Source: a candidate division WWE3 bacterium RIFOXYC1_FULL_40_10
Lineage (GTDB): Bacteria; Patescibacteriota; WWE3; UBA101185; UBA10185
NCBI GenBank assembly: GCA_001773215.1
Contig: MEWB01000001.1
Location: 322,473-386,472, forward strand
Reading direction: 5' to 3'
Length of the DNA: 64,000 nt
The notes under the pieces are model-generated. The model saw only the letters and a program-made list of their open reading frames with translations, searched no databases and was not told the DNA's origin. The number at the start of each line of letters is the position of its first letter. Positions within the stretch are counted from its first letter, which is position 1. Shown piece by piece: positions 54,701-63,435 of this stretch. Position numbers and translations under genes: made by a program.

Positions 54701-57700
54701 TAACCTGCAGCTCATACCTACTACAAAAATCGCATTTAGAACATCTCCAACTAATATTGGTTTTTATCTATTGTCACTGCTATCAGCCTTTGACCTGGGC
54801 ATTGTCACGGCGGATAACTTTGTAGATAGACTTAAAAAGACACTTTCTACGATTGTGAAGCTAAAAAAGTATGAGGGCCAGCTATATAATTGGTATGACG
54901 TAAAAACGCTTGAACCTTTAAACACCTACATATCTACGGCCGATGCCGGAAATTATGTGGCTACGTTAATGCTTTTGGAATCAGCATGCGATGATTTAGT
55001 CAAAAACTCAACGAGTTTGAGTAAGGAAAACATCGAAGAGCTAATCTACGTGCGTAAAGCACTCAAAAGTTTGTATTTGGCCTCAGACTTTACCTTTCTA
55101 TACAACAAGAATATGGAAGTATTTTCGATAGGGTTTAATTCGGATACATGCGAAAAAGACTCCAGCCATTACGATTTTCTAGCATCTGAAGCTAGAATAA
55201 CAAGCTATGTTGCGATAGCTCTTGATCAGGTTGAAACGAAGCATTGGTTTAATATCTCAAGGCCCTATCAAGTAAGAAAAGGAAAGTTCTATCTTATGTC
55301 TTGGGGCGGAACAATGTTCGAATATCTCCTACCCACGTTACTTTTTAACGAAAAAGATAATACACTGCTGGGCCAAACTGCTAAAGAAATTTGTTCACTT
55401 CAAATAAAGTATGGACATGACAATGGTATACCGTGGGGGATTTCTGAATCTAATTTCGATTCGTTCGACCTTGATGCAAATTATCAATATAAAATGATGG
55501 GAGTTCCTAAGCTAGCTCTAAAAAGATACGATACTGAAGATTTAGTCATATCACCTTACTCGTCGTTCCTGGCGCTAATGGTAAATCCTGTAGCTGCTGA
55601 AAAAAACCTCAAACTTCTTGAAAAGCATAAAGCTCTGGGCTTGTACGGTTTCTTTGAGGCTATCCATTTCACCAGATCAAAGAAAGACGCTTTGGAAGAG
55701 CAGCTAGTTCAAATATACACGGCTCATCATCAAGGAATGTGTATGGTAGCAATTAACAACGTCCTAAATGATCGCCTCATGGTGAGAAGGATGCATAGTA
55801 ATAACTACGTCAAATCGTGTGAAATACTTTTGGACGAGCGAATCCCTGAGGTGGCGAACGTAGTGGACCCTAATCAGTACGGCTATGATAAAAGGGTCTC
55901 CTCAGTTAAGATTTACGAAAAGGATCGCGTTAGATTTTCGAGTACCCCAAACACATTGTTTCCTATCGCTCAGATTTTCGGAAACGGAAGATACTCTACT
56001 ATGATTACCAACTCGGGGGCAGGATACAGTAAATTTAAAGACATCTATTTGAATAGGTTTAGTGAAGATCTCTCTCTAGATAATTCCGGCAATCATATTT
56101 ACATTAAAGATGTAGACCTAGACTATTTTTGGTCGGCTACCTATCAACCTACCTTAAAACAAGCTGAAAAATATGAGGCTAAGTTCGATGATGAGCATGC
56201 TGAATTTCATAGGCTAGACAGGAACACAAACACCTCTCTAACAGTACTGGTCCCTCCTGAAAAGAATTTCGAACTAAGAATTCTAACACTTAAAAACTCA
56301 TCAGTATTTCCTAAGGAATACGAAATCACTACGTATAACGAAGTAATGCTGGACGACTTTAAGGCCGGGGTTACTCATCCTGCTTTTAATAAACTGTTTA
56401 TAGAAACAAGTTGCATCGACGAAATACTAATTGCAAAACGACGGAAGAGGAATCAAAAGGACCCGGATAGATATGCGTTCCATTTTGGATACTCCGAAAC
56501 AGAAGACTTCACACTGGATTCTTACGAAACATGCCGATCAAATTTTGTAGGACGAACTAAAACCCCACGAAATCCGGTTATGATGCACAAAGTATTAACC
56601 AACACCCTTGGAGCGGTATTAGATCCGATATTTAGCTTGAGATATAAAGTTAAGCTACTTCCCGGCGAAACGAAAAAGATATATTTCGTATATGGATATG
56701 CTACCAATCCGCATGAGATTAAAGCTACAAAAGACCTTATTCAAGCTAACGGGTCTATAAGTGAATTAAGTTATTTGAACGGGCACTATGTAGAAGCCCG
56801 CAGAACGCATTTGGGAATTACCGTTGGACAGGAGATAACCTTCCAAAGAGTTGCATCCCGACTAATCTACCCGGACTTTCGTCTTCAGGAACAGTCGGAT
56901 TTGCAGCACTACAAAGGAAAAAACGTGTTGTTTAGATTCGGTATATCGGGGGATAACAAAATATTAGTTCTAAAGGTTAATAGCACAAACATAGAGATGC
57001 TCAGGAACATGGTGTTGTTGCATAAATACCTTAGAATACTGCGCTTCCAGATAGACTTAGTGTTTCTAATTGACGAAACGATAAGCTATGAGGAAACGTT
57101 AGAAAGAGATGTAGCTTCCTTAGTTGGTCCAGAAGAAAAGAATTCTGGAATCTTCATCCTGAATGTTGTAAACATGTCTATTGAGGAAAAACATACTTTG
57201 CTGGCTTTAGCCAAAGCTGTATTTGATACTTCTCTTGGATCTCTCGATGAGCAAATTAGCATCGCCACAAGGTACTCGGAACCCGGAGTTGTTAAAGTTC
57301 CACCAACTCGCCGCTCTAATGTGATAGAAAGCATCGGCACAATTAAGGAGGAACTGGATGACTTGGAGTTCTACAATGGCTTGGGCGGTTTTTCTGATAA
57401 CGGCAGAAAGTATTCAATAAACTATAACCCTAATTACCCTACTCCTTTGCCCTGGACAAATGTTATCTCCAACGAAACATTTGGAACTGTTGTGTCAGAA
57501 GCGGGATTGGGGTACACCTGGAACATCAATAGCCAGATAAACAAAATCACTCCATGGTCGAATGATTATGTTTGCGATCCACAAGGCGAGGCGATTTATC
57601 TCAAGGATACACTAACCGGTGCCGTTTTTGGTGCAACTCCTCTGCCGTGCAATGACTCGGAATTCAGTGTAGTGCATGCCCCGGGTTATACGGATTATAT

Positions 57701-59732
57701 CGGTAGGTACGGTTTAGTCGAACACGCACTAAGGGTTTTTGTTGACAGTAATGATCCTGTCAAAATCCTAAAACTAACACTAACCAATAAAAGTAATTAC
57801 GACAAGAAATTTGAAGTTACCTATTACGTGGATTTTGTTTTGGGGGAATACAGCTGTCCCGATCAGGAAAACTTAAATATTCAATTTAACTCAGATAATC
57901 AGAGCATTACCGCCATGAATCCTTCTAACGAAGTTTTTAAGGATAAAACAGCTTTTATGGCAGCTAGTAATGTTTTAGTATCGGCTACTTCCGATCGTAA
58001 AAGGTTTTTTGGGATTGGGGGATCAATCGAATCTCCGCTATGGGTAACAGAAAGCAAGAGGAAAATAGTCGGTTTTAAAGACGTGTCAGATAAATGTGGT
58101 GTGATAACAATAGAGATGTGGGTGCCTAGGAACTCTCATGCATCTGCCGCTTTTATACTAGGCCAAACAGATAATCCCGAAAGTTGCGCTCCCTTAATAG
58201 ATACGTATACTAATTTGGACAATTTAGATCAGAAACTACAAAGAGTTATAGATAGTTGGCAAATACTTCAAAATAAGATTGTAATCCACACCCCTGATAC
58301 TAAACTCAATTACTTAGTAAATAATTGGCTTTTATACCAGGTAGTCTCCTCACGATTATATGGCAGGACATCTTTTTACCAAGCCTCGGGTGCATTCGGC
58401 TTCAGGGATCAGTTACAAGATGTAATGGCATTGGTGCACTCCGACACCGGTAAAATACGCAATCATATTATTTTATGTTGCTCCCATCAGTTTAAAGAGG
58501 GTGATGTACAACATTGGTGGCATAACCCATCAAATGTGGGCGTAAGAACTAGAATTAGTGATGATTTATTATGGCTTCCCTTTGTAGTTAGCTTTTATAT
58601 AGAAAAGACCGGAGATTTTAGTATTTTGTCGGAAACTGCTCCTTACCTTGACATGTCGCAAGTACCCCAGGATAGTGAAAGCTTATACGGGATTCCAACC
58701 ATATCAGAGGAGGTGGGCACTGTTTTAGATCATTGTATTAGGGCAATTGAAAGATCACTTCAATTTGGTGTACACGGCTTGCCATTGATAGGCTCCGGAG
58801 ACTGGAATGACGGTTTAAATAGTGTGGGGGACGAAGGTAAAGGAGAGAGTGTATGGCTTGGGTGGTTTTTGATCGCTGTTCTGGAGAATTTCTCAAAGCT
58901 ACCCGGAGATTTCGATAAAGAAAACTACCTAAAGAAAGCGGAAGAACTAAAAGAGAACATAAACAATACCGGCTGGGACGGTGAGTGGTTCGTTAGGGCT
59001 TTCTACGACGACGGTACCCCAGTGGGTTCTCACGTAAACAACGAGTGCAAGATTGATTCGATAACTCAATCATGGAGTATTATTTCTAAAGCTACAAGTC
59101 TGGATAAGATGTCTCGGGCTATGACTAGCCATAATTTGTATTTAGAGGATAGCAAGCACGGGCTGGTTAATCTACTTACTCCACCTTTTCATGATTCTGA
59201 GCCATTTCCCGGATACATTCAAGGGTATCCTGAGGGTGTTAGAGAAAATGGCGGACACTACACCCACGGAGCAGTTTGGGCGCTAAAAGCATATGCTCTG
59301 CAGAAAAATGCGGATAAAGTGCAGGAACTACTTAACGTATTAAACCCCATCTCCCGATCTTTAGATAAGGATAAAGTAAACGTGTATAAGTCGGAACCTT
59401 ATGTAATGGTAGGAGATATCTACTCAAATAGTCAACACATGGGTAGGGGTGGTTGGAGTTGGTATACGGGATCTGCCGGGTGGATGTACCAGGTATGTAT
59501 TGAGGATGTGTTGGGACTGAAAAAATTCGCTGAGTACTTTACGCTTGAACCGGTTATTCCAAAGAGCTGGAAAGGATTTGATATGCAGTACCATCACAAG
59601 GGTACCAACTACAACATAACTGTCAAAAGAGGCAGTCACAAAGGGTTATCACAAAACGGCAAAGTGCAGGAAGATAAAAAAATCAAGTTAATTGAAAACG
59701 CCGGGGAAGTAATCGTGGAACTAGTTATCTAA
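51705..59732 (+). CDS. cyclic beta-1,2-glucan synthase-like giant protein (2675 aa): N-terminal multi-TM region, GT84-like glycosyltransferase, C-terminal GH94 phosphorylase-like (alpha/alpha)6 domain
   Basis: Central DEDTML DxD with flanking TM helices; C-terminal GH94 signatures RDQLQDV, GSGDWNDGLN, GGWSWYTGSAGWMYQ; size matches NdvB/ChvB/Cgs. Confidence 0.8.
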   Translation: MDNKNTFYTLGRDLAIKKKFPPKRIFPLIRKHSDLDYKTLYSRFGNLYAYLVSEYEKNPEIVPLAASWILDNYYLVSQQYVLFEKTFKTKLLKKLPLSEYDRVYYQIHYIAKKYLEATNCSFSEETLIPFLRGYQKIYPLSSLEIWILPTVIKFEQTLTLLNKGYEIRDKIQNAKFADQVVQIIANDLSRKKNPVKKMNRILRSPNMNPHVLLAVLEDVRELDYKVEETLALVESKIHEEDLNLEEYTRASVLRDINLKQTLSNTVLSIKNFFYINWNKFYNKVSIVESTLKLDPANIYATMDDISRDRYRHIISDLSNNSNYSESEVARKVVETAAASNIDIQQHVGYHLIDHGFFNFAEKIGYKPTFKVFVINWLKKYPNLGYMGGIFLITVALSALSFFTAIIVSHNLLFTLLFSVGQLFIASNLATLIINKLLAYILPTALPPKIELKDFIPENCKTMIVIPSMLSGMEKVDKLVYELEKRFLCNKYKNLFYALLCDYKDSDVEESEGDYQLLAYAREKIRELNEKHMDEGFNVFYFFHRKRQFSQKEGVWMAWERKRGKLLQLVEWLTKEGNFFSVIDGDLDKLTDIKYVITLDEDTMLPADSALKLIGAMEHPLNRPVVNPDTRIVTRGYGFIQPRVILMPEAEGLSNFTHIFVTESGYDSYSNATSDIYQDLFNRSIFWGKGIFDVQAIKESLGDRFPENRILSHDLIESCFSKAAYLSDTSIIEDYPPTFNSYLMRDSRWIRGDWQLIPWLFPNIMSKGNTFEKNPLDFLSKWLIFTNLRRSMILPLFLFSYMLSWLVIKSDILTAYLSVLFFSQIFIELDDISRPISHKMPLTEKLILIVSSVKKKITLVGAYFVGLSLLALNKTQAILISLYRLLTNKHLLEWTTFDEAQQLVDKNASLRKQLLSPFTIANLLIILYLVQSGKATVINTAIIVLWLLSPAIYTHISRPLKTKKLREYITDKERMLSYAKKIWLFFESYTNEESNHLPPDNLQLIPTTKIAFRTSPTNIGFYLLSLLSAFDLGIVTADNFVDRLKKTLSTIVKLKKYEGQLYNWYDVKTLEPLNTYISTADAGNYVATLMLLESACDDLVKNSTSLSKENIEELIYVRKALKSLYLASDFTFLYNKNMEVFSIGFNSDTCEKDSSHYDFLASEARITSYVAIALDQVETKHWFNISRPYQVRKGKFYLMSWGGTMFEYLLPTLLFNEKDNTLLGQTAKEICSLQIKYGHDNGIPWGISESNFDSFDLDANYQYKMMGVPKLALKRYDTEDLVISPYSSFLALMVNPVAAEKNLKLLEKHKALGLYGFFEAIHFTRSKKDALEEQLVQIYTAHHQGMCMVAINNVLNDRLMVRRMHSNNYVKSCEILLDERIPEVANVVDPNQYGYDKRVSSVKIYEKDRVRFSSTPNTLFPIAQIFGNGRYSTMITNSGAGYSKFKDIYLNRFSEDLSLDNSGNHIYIKDVDLDYFWSATYQPTLKQAEKYEAKFDDEHAEFHRLDRNTNTSLTVLVPPEKNFELRILTLKNSSVFPKEYEITTYNEVMLDDFKAGVTHPAFNKLFIETSCIDEILIAKRRKRNQKDPDRYAFHFGYSETEDFTLDSYETCRSNFVGRTKTPRNPVMMHKVLTNTLGAVLDPIFSLRYKVKLLPGETKKIYFVYGYATNPHEIKATKDLIQANGSISELSYLNGHYVEARRTHLGITVGQEITFQRVASRLIYPDFRLQEQSDLQHYKGKNVLFRFGISGDNKILVLKVNSTNIEMLRNMVLLHKYLRILRFQIDLVFLIDETISYEETLERDVASLVGPEEKNSGIFILNVVNMSIEEKHTLLALAKAVFDTSLGSLDEQISIATRYSEPGVVKVPPTRRSNVIESIGTIKEELDDLEFYNGLGGFSDNGRKYSINYNPNYPTPLPWTNVISNETFGTVVSEAGLGYTWNINSQINKITPWSNDYVCDPQGEAIYLKDTLTGAVFGATPLPCNDSEFSVVHAPGYTDYIGRYGLVEHALRVFVDSNDPVKILKLTLTNKSNYDKKFEVTYYVDFVLGEYSCPDQENLNIQFNSDNQSITAMNPSNEVFKDKTAFMAASNVLVSATSDRKRFFGIGGSIESPLWVTESKRKIVGFKDVSDKCGVITIEMWVPRNSHASAAFILGQTDNPESCAPLIDTYTNLDNLDQKLQRVIDSWQILQNKIVIHTPDTKLNYLVNNWLLYQVVSSRLYGRTSFYQASGAFGFRDQLQDVMALVHSDTGKIRNHIILCCSHQFKEGDVQHWWHNPSNVGVRTRISDDLLWLPFVVSFYIEKTGDFSILSETAPYLDMSQVPQDSESLYGIPTISEEVGTVLDHCIRAIERSLQFGVHGLPLIGSGDWNDGLNSVGDEGKGESVWLGWFLIAVLENFSKLPGDFDKENYLKKAEELKENINNTGWDGEWFVRAFYDDGTPVGSHVNNECKIDSITQSWSIISKATSLDKMSRAMTSHNLYLEDSKHGLVNLLTPPFHDSEPFPGYIQGYPEGVRENGGHYTHGAVWALKAYALQKNADKVQELLNVLNPISRSLDKDKVNVYKSEPYVMVGDIYSNSQHMGRGGWSWYTGSAGWMYQVCIEDVLGLKKFAEYFTLEPVIPKSWKGFDMQYHHKGTNYNITVKRGSHKGLSQNGKVQEDKKIKLIENAGEVIVELVI

Positions 59733-59835
59733 TGGCGCCCCCAAGAGGATAATGGTCGAACTCTTTTTGAAAAGCTATATGGCTATTTCAGCAAAAGAGA
59801 TTTGCAAGTTTATACTTCCTAGAGATAAACAAAAA

Positions 59836-59866
59836 CCCCTGTCTGATCGCATATATCACACAGGGG
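59836..59866 (-). terminator. Rho-independent terminator for the minus-strand ORF 59886..60371
   Basis: cccctgtctgatcgcatatatcacacagggg flanked by aaaaa on the plus strand (a T-run on the minus strand). Confidence 0.55.
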
Positions 59867-59885
59867 TTTCGAATCTAGCTATGTA

Positions 59886-60371
59886 CTAAAACAACTGTCC
59901 ACGGCCTTGCCCCCAGCATGCAAAGTAATTTTTCTCAATTTGCCGGGCGGCCTTAAGCTGCTTCTTCGTTAGCAAGCCCAGCTGAGCATTTCCCGGTTGC
60001 TTTTCTTCATACATTGCTTTAAACAGGCTTTCAAAAAGGACATCCCGCAGCTGTTCGAATGTCAACTCGCCTCGATCCTCTGTCTCGTGATCGTACAGGT
60101 CTACGATGAAACTGTAGACGCAGTCACCGATCAACACGAGCCAACTCGTGAGTTCTGTTTCCGAATCGAGAGTAGCGAAAAAGTGCCATATTTTATTCTC
60201 CAAGTGAGAGTAATAATTTCCCCCATCGTACCTCGTGCAAAACCCGCTAATGTGGCCAAACCCTTCGTAGTTGCCATTCTCTGCCTTTTGAGCCCATGCC
60301 AAATAAGCAGAGTCGAAATGACTGCGGCAAGCTACAAGATCGAGATGACTTACTCTAGCATTTGTACTCAT
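59886..60371 (-). CDS. hypothetical protein (islet cargo)
   Basis: ORF track; GC higher than background. Confidence 0.45.
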   Translation of the reverse strand: MSTNARVSHLDLVACRSHFDSAYLAWAQKAENGNYEGFGHISGFCTRYDGGNYYSHLENKIWHFFATLDSETELTSWLVLIGDCVYSFIVDLYDHETEDRGELTFEQLRDVLFESLFKAMYEEKQPGNAQLGLLTKKQLKAARQIEKNYFACWGQGRGQLF

Positions 60372-60504
60372 TTTTTGTCTCCTTTAAGACAATTGTCACC
60401 CTTTGCCACAACAGCATTGGGTTAGAGGAATTACACGACACAACATCGTGTTATATATGTTGATATTATAACAGAAATCAGGATTTGTCAAACTATAGGA
60501 TATA

Positions 60505-60581
60505 TGGCGCCCCCAAGAGGATTCGAACCCCTAACCTCTTCGTCCGAAGCGAAGCGCTCTGATCCGTTGAGCTATGGAGGC
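60505..60581 (-). tRNA. tRNA-Arg (anticodon TCG)
   Basis: GCCTCCA/TGGGGGC acceptor, anticodon stem CTTCG/CGAAG with loop CTTCGGA, TTCGAAT T-loop, GCCA 3' end. Confidence 0.8.
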
Positions 60582-60632
60582 ACAGCACGCTTATTATACC
60601 CTACTATATCAATTTAGTGATAATATATACTA

Positions 60633-61076
60633 GTGAACTTTATAAAATCCCATAAGAACTGGATCATAGCAGGGTACATTTTATTGATGGTTTTCTCCTT
60701 TTTCTATGTACGTAAAGTATTATCAGAGGGCGATTTAAAAGTTACTACCAGAGAAAAATCCAGAGGCTTTGATGAAAAACCAGCAAAAGTAACCTTAATA
60801 ATAGCTGGACCCGGGATAGGAGTTAAATATACAGTAGACATGAAAAACACAGATACTGTTATGGATTTGTTGGATAAAGTTTCCGAGGAACAAGGCCTTG
60901 AATACGACATGACTTCTTATGTTAATAGAACGGAGTTTGAACATATCAACGGAATAAAAGCTCCCGAGGGCTACGTTTGGAAATTGCTTCAAGGTGATTC
61001 GGATCTTACTGAGTATATCCAAAATACCAAACTCCGAGACGAAAATATTTATAGAATAATATTGGTGGCAAATTAG
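60633..61076 (+). CDS. hypothetical membrane-anchored protein
   Basis: ORF track; N-terminal TM. Confidence 0.4.
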   Translation: MNFIKSHKNWIIAGYILLMVFSFFYVRKVLSEGDLKVTTREKSRGFDEKPAKVTLIIAGPGIGVKYTVDMKNTDTVMDLLDKVSEEQGLEYDMTSYVNRTEFEHINGIKAPEGYVWKLLQGDSDLTEYIQNTKLRDENIYRIILVAN

Positions 61077-62261
61077 TTATTCCCACCTTAACGATTCGAT
61101 AGGATCTTTTTTACTGGCTTGGATAGCAGGATACGTTCCGAATACAGCTCCCACAAAAACAGAAAAACCTAGAGAGACAAACACCGCCCACAAGGGAACT
61201 TCCGTCCTTATAAATTTACTGGCAACCTGGGATGCTATCCACCCAAGAAATAATCCTATTACACCTCCTCCTAAACTAAGCAACATGCTTTCGATAATAA
61301 ATTGAAAGCCTATTACAAATGAAGTGGCCCCAACGGCCTTCCTAAGACCAATTTCCTTGATCCTCTCGGTAACAGAAACTAGCATTATGTTCATAATACC
61401 GATACCCCCTACTAGCAACGAAATCCCCGCTACTGCCGCCAAACCAAGTGTAAGTATGTTTAATATGTCCTCGATACTTCTTAAGATATCCTTTTGGGAC
61501 ATTATGCTGAAATCCTCCTTATCTAGGTCAGCCAATAATGCCACTTCTAGTTGCTTTGAAGCAATGTCCATATCTACATTTGGTTTAACCTTCGCAGTAA
61601 TATAGCTAATACTTTCCACTCCTATAGAATCCTTTACAGCGTTAAAAGGAATGTAGACAAGCTCGTCGAAATCGGCTCCTCGTTCCCGTGTTACTCCAAT
61701 CACTTTGTATTTTTTGCTGTCAATTATTACCTTTTCACCAAGTGGATCTCTCTGAGAAAATAGCTCTTTAGCCACAGCAGGGCCTAAAACTATTACCCGC
61801 GCACCGGATTTATCTTCGCTAGTTGAAAAAAATCTCCCCTTAGACATAGCTAAATTTTCAACCCGATCGTACACTGAATAAACTCCGGAAATTGTTGAGA
61901 AAAACTTCCTGTTTTTATACTCCACTGTTTTTCCTACAAATATTAAAGGAGAAACAACATCAATATAATCTGCGGCACCCGACTCGATCAGTCGAACGTG
62001 TTCTTCCCTAATTTTGTTGTCGGTAAATGATAGTGCAGGATCTCCTGCTATCCCCGCTCTCCCTGGTGCAACAAATAATAAGTTTGAGCCTAAATTCTCA
62101 AATTGATCACGAACATAGTTTTCTACGCCCTTAACTAGCGACACCAATGTAACTACCGAAAATACGCCAATCACAACTCCGAGTATAGTTAGAAAAGACC
62201 TAACTTTATTAGAACTTAATGCTTTGGTGGCCGATAAAAATGCTTCCAAAAATTTACTCAT
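61077..62261 (-). CDS. ABC transporter permease, FtsX/MacB family (large periplasmic domain)
   Basis: N-terminal TM FLTILGVVIGVFSVVTLVSL, ~200-aa periplasmic domain, C-terminal 3-TM FtsX domain with VSVTERIKEIGLRKAVGA. Confidence 0.8.
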   Translation of the reverse strand: MSKFLEAFLSATKALSSNKVRSFLTILGVVIGVFSVVTLVSLVKGVENYVRDQFENLGSNLLFVAPGRAGIAGDPALSFTDNKIREEHVRLIESGAADYIDVVSPLIFVGKTVEYKNRKFFSTISGVYSVYDRVENLAMSKGRFFSTSEDKSGARVIVLGPAVAKELFSQRDPLGEKVIIDSKKYKVIGVTRERGADFDELVYIPFNAVKDSIGVESISYITAKVKPNVDMDIASKQLEVALLADLDKEDFSIMSQKDILRSIEDILNILTLGLAAVAGISLLVGGIGIMNIMLVSVTERIKEIGLRKAVGATSFVIGFQFIIESMLLSLGGGVIGLFLGWIASQVASKFIRTEVPLWAVFVSLGFSVFVGAVFGTYPAIQASKKDPIESLRWE

Positions 62262-63435
62262 ATCTTAAAGATTCAATTGGATCCTTTTTTCCTGCAGTAA
62301 TTGCAGGGTAAGTACCAAATAGTACGCCAACTCCAACAGAAAATCCTACTGAGATAATTAAAGCCCACCCAGGGATCTGTGCTCTAATCAAAGACGAAAT
62401 TCCAACAGTCAGTAACCAGCCAAGAGATATGCCGATAACGCCACCCATAAGACTAATAACAACAGCTTCCGATAAAAACTGCACTGCAATATTTGACGGC
62501 GTAGCCCCTAGCGCTTTCCTAAGACCAATCTCTTTAGTCCTTTCGGTAACTGATACCAGCATGATATTCATAATACCGATCCCCCCAACTACTAGTGATA
62601 TAGCTGCAACAGCCCCCAATCCTGCAGATAACACTCCTAGTATGTTGGAAACGGAGCTGAGAATATCTTTTTGCGATAAGACATCGAATTCGTCAGCCTT
62701 TAGATCGTGTAATAAGGCTAATTCAACTTGCCCCATTACGATGTCGATTTTTTGGCCGTCTTTTGCCTTAGTAGCAATCCCGGAAAACTTATCAATCCCC
62801 AGATATGTATCCAGTGATGTGTATGGGACCAAAATTCGATCATCCGAATTAAGTCCCTTCTTGTTGAGTACACCTATTACTTCAAACGCAATCCCTTCAA
62901 CCGTTACCTTCTTGCCTAGCGGGTCTATTTCTCCAAAAAGTTCATCGGAAACCTGAGGCCCGATAACAGTTACTCTAGCTTTGGAGGAAACTTCTCCTTC
63001 AGTAAAATTTCTTCCTGTTTCAGCAGATACATCTGTTATTTGAAACGCCTTTTCGTTCACTCCACTTACCGTTGCGGCAAATTGTTTATTTTTGTACTTT
63101 ACCGTTTTTCCAACTCTAATGCTGGGAGTTACTCCAACAATATAGTTACCTGCGTATTTTTCTATCAACTCAATGTGTTTAGCCCTAAGTTTGTTATTTG
63201 TGAATGTAACAGCAGGATCCTGATTAAACCCGGTTCTACCTGGCGCAACTAAAATCAAATTCGACCCCAAAGCGTTAAACTGGTCGGTGACGAAATTCTC
63301 CACCCCTTTAACTAAAGATACCAGGGAAATAACTGCAAAAACTCCTATGATTACACCCAGCATGGTTAAAAACGAACGCGTTTTATTCAAACTTAGTGAA
63401 ATAAAAGCGGCTTTTACTGCCTCAAGTATATTCAT
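62254..63435 (-). CDS. ABC transporter permease, FtsX/MacB family (paralog of the previous one)
   Basis: Same architecture and motifs (VSVTERTKEIGLRKALGA); overlaps the neighbour by 8 nt. Confidence 0.8.
   Translation of the reverse strand: MNILEAVKAAFISLSLNKTRSFLTMLGVIIGVFAVISLVSLVKGVENFVTDQFNALGSNLILVAPGRTGFNQDPAVTFTNNKLRAKHIELIEKYAGNYIVGVTPSIRVGKTVKYKNKQFAATVSGVNEKAFQITDVSAETGRNFTEGEVSSKARVTVIGPQVSDELFGEIDPLGKKVTVEGIAFEVIGVLNKKGLNSDDRILVPYTSLDTYLGIDKFSGIATKAKDGQKIDIVMGQVELALLHDLKADEFDVLSQKDILSSVSNILGVLSAGLGAVAAISLVVGGIGIMNIMLVSVTERTKEIGLRKALGATPSNIAVQFLSEAVVISLMGGVIGISLGWLLTVGISSLIRAQIPGWALIISVGFSVGVGVLFGTYPAITAGKKDPIESLRYE

Larger units (their letters stand above)
59733..60581. mobile_element. 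integrase-less islet at the tRNA-Arg 3' end bounded by an 18-bp direct repeat (59733-59750 = 60505-60522), carrying a single 161-aa ORF
   Basis: tggcgcccccaagaggat occurs immediately after the glucan-synthase stop codon and again as the tRNA-Arg 3' end. Confidence 0.55.
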
